Source: a virus (Duplodnaviria > Caudoviricetes). Taken from it: DNA of 36,101 nucleotides. The position numbers were made by a program, and so were the translations under genes. The stretch lies in the IMG/VR virus record IMGVR_UViG_3300011434_000016, positions 1 to 36,101 of that record; one strand, written 5' to 3'. Positions 34,540 through 36,101 of this stretch are shown here, piece after piece. Below the pieces are notes generated by a model, which worked only from the letters and a program-made list of their open reading frames with translations, ran no database searches and was not told the origin of the DNA. Within the stretch, counting starts at the first letter, position 1; each line of letters opens with the position of its first letter.

Positions 34540-34799
34540 TCCGTGATCGCGTTGGACACCCGGAACCGGGTCACGCCCAACGCCTGGGCAACCTCCAGGT
34601 GCGTGCGCTTGCGGGTCCCGACCATCTCGCTGGCGGCCAGGAACACGGCCTCATTGCCGGCGTGCCCGAGCACGGAGCGGGCACGCCGGTCAAGGGCGCG
34701 GATCTCGCGCGCCTGCGCCAATGGGTCCACCGTGTTGCGGATCTTCTCCAACTCGGTGATGAGTTCGTCGAGGCGGTCCAGCGCCGGTCGGCTAGTCAT
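34488..34799 (-). CDS. HTH DNA-binding protein
   Basis: THLEVAQALGVTRFRVSNAI helix-turn-helix. Confidence 0.65.
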   Translation of the reverse strand: MTSRPALDRLDELITELEKIRNTVDPLAQAREIRALDRRARSVLGHAGNEAVFLAASEMVGTRKRTHLEVAQALGVTRFRVSNAITDYRSWVASEATDELPAA

Positions 34800-35209
34800 G
34801 GACGGGACTCACCGGCGCGTAGCACTCGCTGGACCTCGATGAGCAGCTTGGACACGGCGAAGCTGGGCCAGTCCGCGATGAGCAGCCCGACCAGGGCGAA
34901 CATGGCGCCCAGGCCCAACACCCCCCCGGCCACCAGCGCGACGGCGGGCACCAGATCGAACCTCGTGTCCTTGCCTGGCCGGAGCCGGAACAGGCCGGGA
35001 TTGTTCGTCAGGGCCTGGCCCATCGCGTCATCGATCTCGATCGTGAGCTGGACCGTTCGGCCGCCCTCGGCGACCGCTGCGGCCACCAGAATGCACGGCA
35101 TGGCACGTTCGCCGATGTGCACCGGCACCGTCCTCCCGATCTGGCTGTCCCACGAGGACGCTGCGAAGATCGTCCCGGCTGCCGCACGTTGGGTGAAGGT
35201 GACGTTCAT
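34796..35209 (-). CDS. Hypothetical protein with C-terminal TM segment
   Basis: TACCGT -10 (35222-35217) 7 nt before ATG 35209 (leaderless). Confidence 0.6.
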   Translation of the reverse strand: MNVTFTQRAAAGTIFAASSWDSQIGRTVPVHIGERAMPCILVAAAVAEGGRTVQLTIEIDDAMGQALTNNPGLFRLRPGKDTRFDLVPAVALVAGGVLGLGAMFALVGLLIADWPSFAVSKLLIEVQRVLRAGESRP

Positions 35210-35291
35210 CCCGCCCACGGTACGGGCCGCCCCACCCGAGGGCAACACACGGCCCTGGTGTTCATGGCCGGCGTGTGTCACCCTGGGCGCC

Positions 35292-35459
35292 ATGAACGTA
35301 CCCGTAGTCACCGGCGATGGTCGGTGCGTAGCGCTGGACACCGAGGACTACCCGCGGCTGGTCCTGCTGCCCGAAGCGTGCGGCGACATCGACCCGCGGT
35401 TGTGGGAGCTGATGACTGACCAGCCATGCCGGGTTCCCGCCGCGGAGATCCGCCCGTGA
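35292..35459 (+). CDS. Small hypothetical protein
   Basis: MNVPVVTGDGRCVALDTEDYPRL...; CACCCT 7 nt before ATG; first of a coupled gene series. Confidence 0.55.
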   Translation: MNVPVVTGDGRCVALDTEDYPRLVLLPEACGDIDPRLWELMTDQPCRVPAAEIRP

Positions 35460-35599
35460 CCCTGAGCACTGGAAACCTGGCCCTCGACTCGGTCCTGCTG
35501 CTGGCCGGCCTCGCCCTGGCCGCCGCCGCCAGCATCTGGAGCATCGGGCCCCTGGCCAAGTGGGCGAGTAACGCCCGGGCGTCAAGGCGGCCCGAGTGA
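35456..35599 (+). CDS. Small membrane peptide
   Basis: GTGA coupling; hydrophobic LALDSVLLLAGLALAAAASIW. Confidence 0.5.
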   Translation: MTLSTGNLALDSVLLLAGLALAAAASIWSIGPLAKWASNARASRRPE

Positions 35600-35739
35600 A
35601 GAGGCCCATGAGCGAGGAGGAACGCCAGGCCCGCAGATGGCGCACCGCGTGGCTGATCGCGGCCGCCATGGTCGGCGTGTCCCTTGCGACTCGGGCGCTC
35701 GGGTCCCTCATGCGGTTCGAATCCAGGTACCGGCGATGA
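35596..35739 (+). CDS. Small membrane peptide
   Basis: GTGA/ATGA coupling; WRTAWLIAAAMVGVSLA. Confidence 0.5.
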   Translation: MKRPMSEEERQARRWRTAWLIAAAMVGVSLATRALGSLMRFESRYRR

Positions 35740-36101
35740 CCGACGACGGTGTCCTGATCGCCTACGGGGCCTGCATCCGGTGCCAGACCCTGTTCGCGTT
35801 CGACCCCGACACCGTCCCGTCCGTCTCGGTCCACGAGTACACCAGCACCTGCCTGCGCCCCGATGGCACGCTGATCGACCGGGACGAGGTCAACACCCAC
35901 CGCGAGCCGCTGTGCCCGCCCTGCGAGCAGGTATTCCAACGGCCATACCGCCAGCACATCAGCGTCCTGTTCCCGTACGGGCTTATGCCCGAGCTGGTGC
36001 AGGGCCGCCCGTCCGGGCCCGCGGCCTGGCTGGCGCCCACAGACCCCACGGAAGGCCCCCCGACCGGGGCGGATGAGACCCCCCGGTCGGGGCGGCGGGG
36101 A
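35736..36101 (+). CDS. Zn-finger-like protein, truncated by the window end
   Basis: YGACIRC..LFAFDPD.VPSV ... REPLCPPC; frame open to the end of the window. Confidence 0.65.
   Translation, partial: MTDDGVLIAYGACIRCQTLFAFDPDTVPSVSVHEYTSTCLRPDGTLIDRDEVNTHREPLCPPCEQVFQRPYRQHISVLFPYGLMPELVQGRPSGPAAWLAPTDPTEGPPTGADETPRSGRRG

Larger units (their letters stand above)
1..36101. mobile_element. Segment of a high-GC actinobacterial tailed phage or prophage (siphovirus, HK97-type head)
   Basis: Canonical order terminase-portal-protease-capsid-head/tail-tape measure-lysis. Overlapping start/stop codons throughout and no host housekeeping genes. No integrase or att site seen, so phage vs prophage is unresolved. 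Confidence 0.95.

Noticed and set aside
35705-35735. tRNA or attP fragment (GGTTCGAATCC)
   Set aside because: The T-stem pairs for only 2 bp, there is no cloverleaf, and it lies inside a coupled small ORF.

Overview
The window is one high-GC (~72% by eye) actinobacterial siphovirus or prophage segment. No integrase, recombinase or replication gene is visible. The + strand (70-25372) carries an HK97-type virion and lysis operon: ASCH protein, terminases, portal, prohead protease, capsid, a glycosyltransferase/2x methyltransferase fusion, head-tail and tail genes with a -1 frameshifted chaperone, tape measure, a three-domain endolysin and a holin. A convergent - strand region (30981 to 25653) is organised differently. 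An operator-covered promoter precedes ~570 nt of non-coding, apparently highly structured RNA (24-bp closing helix, three T-loop hairpins, GNRA loops). It is followed by 13 mostly tiny genes, 12 of which sit behind a repeated multi-hairpin element whose SD-containing hairpin shows compensatory base changes. Two effector-like genes between terminase and portal (ParB/Srx-like and zincin) carry a 27-aa leader that aligns without gaps to the C-terminal region of the phage's own prohead protease, suggesting modular capsid-cargo loading. An asymmetric 11-mer (GCGTTTACACG) recurs across the window. The right end holds expanded families of small paralogous proteins. All family assignments come from motif recognition by eye, not from database searches.
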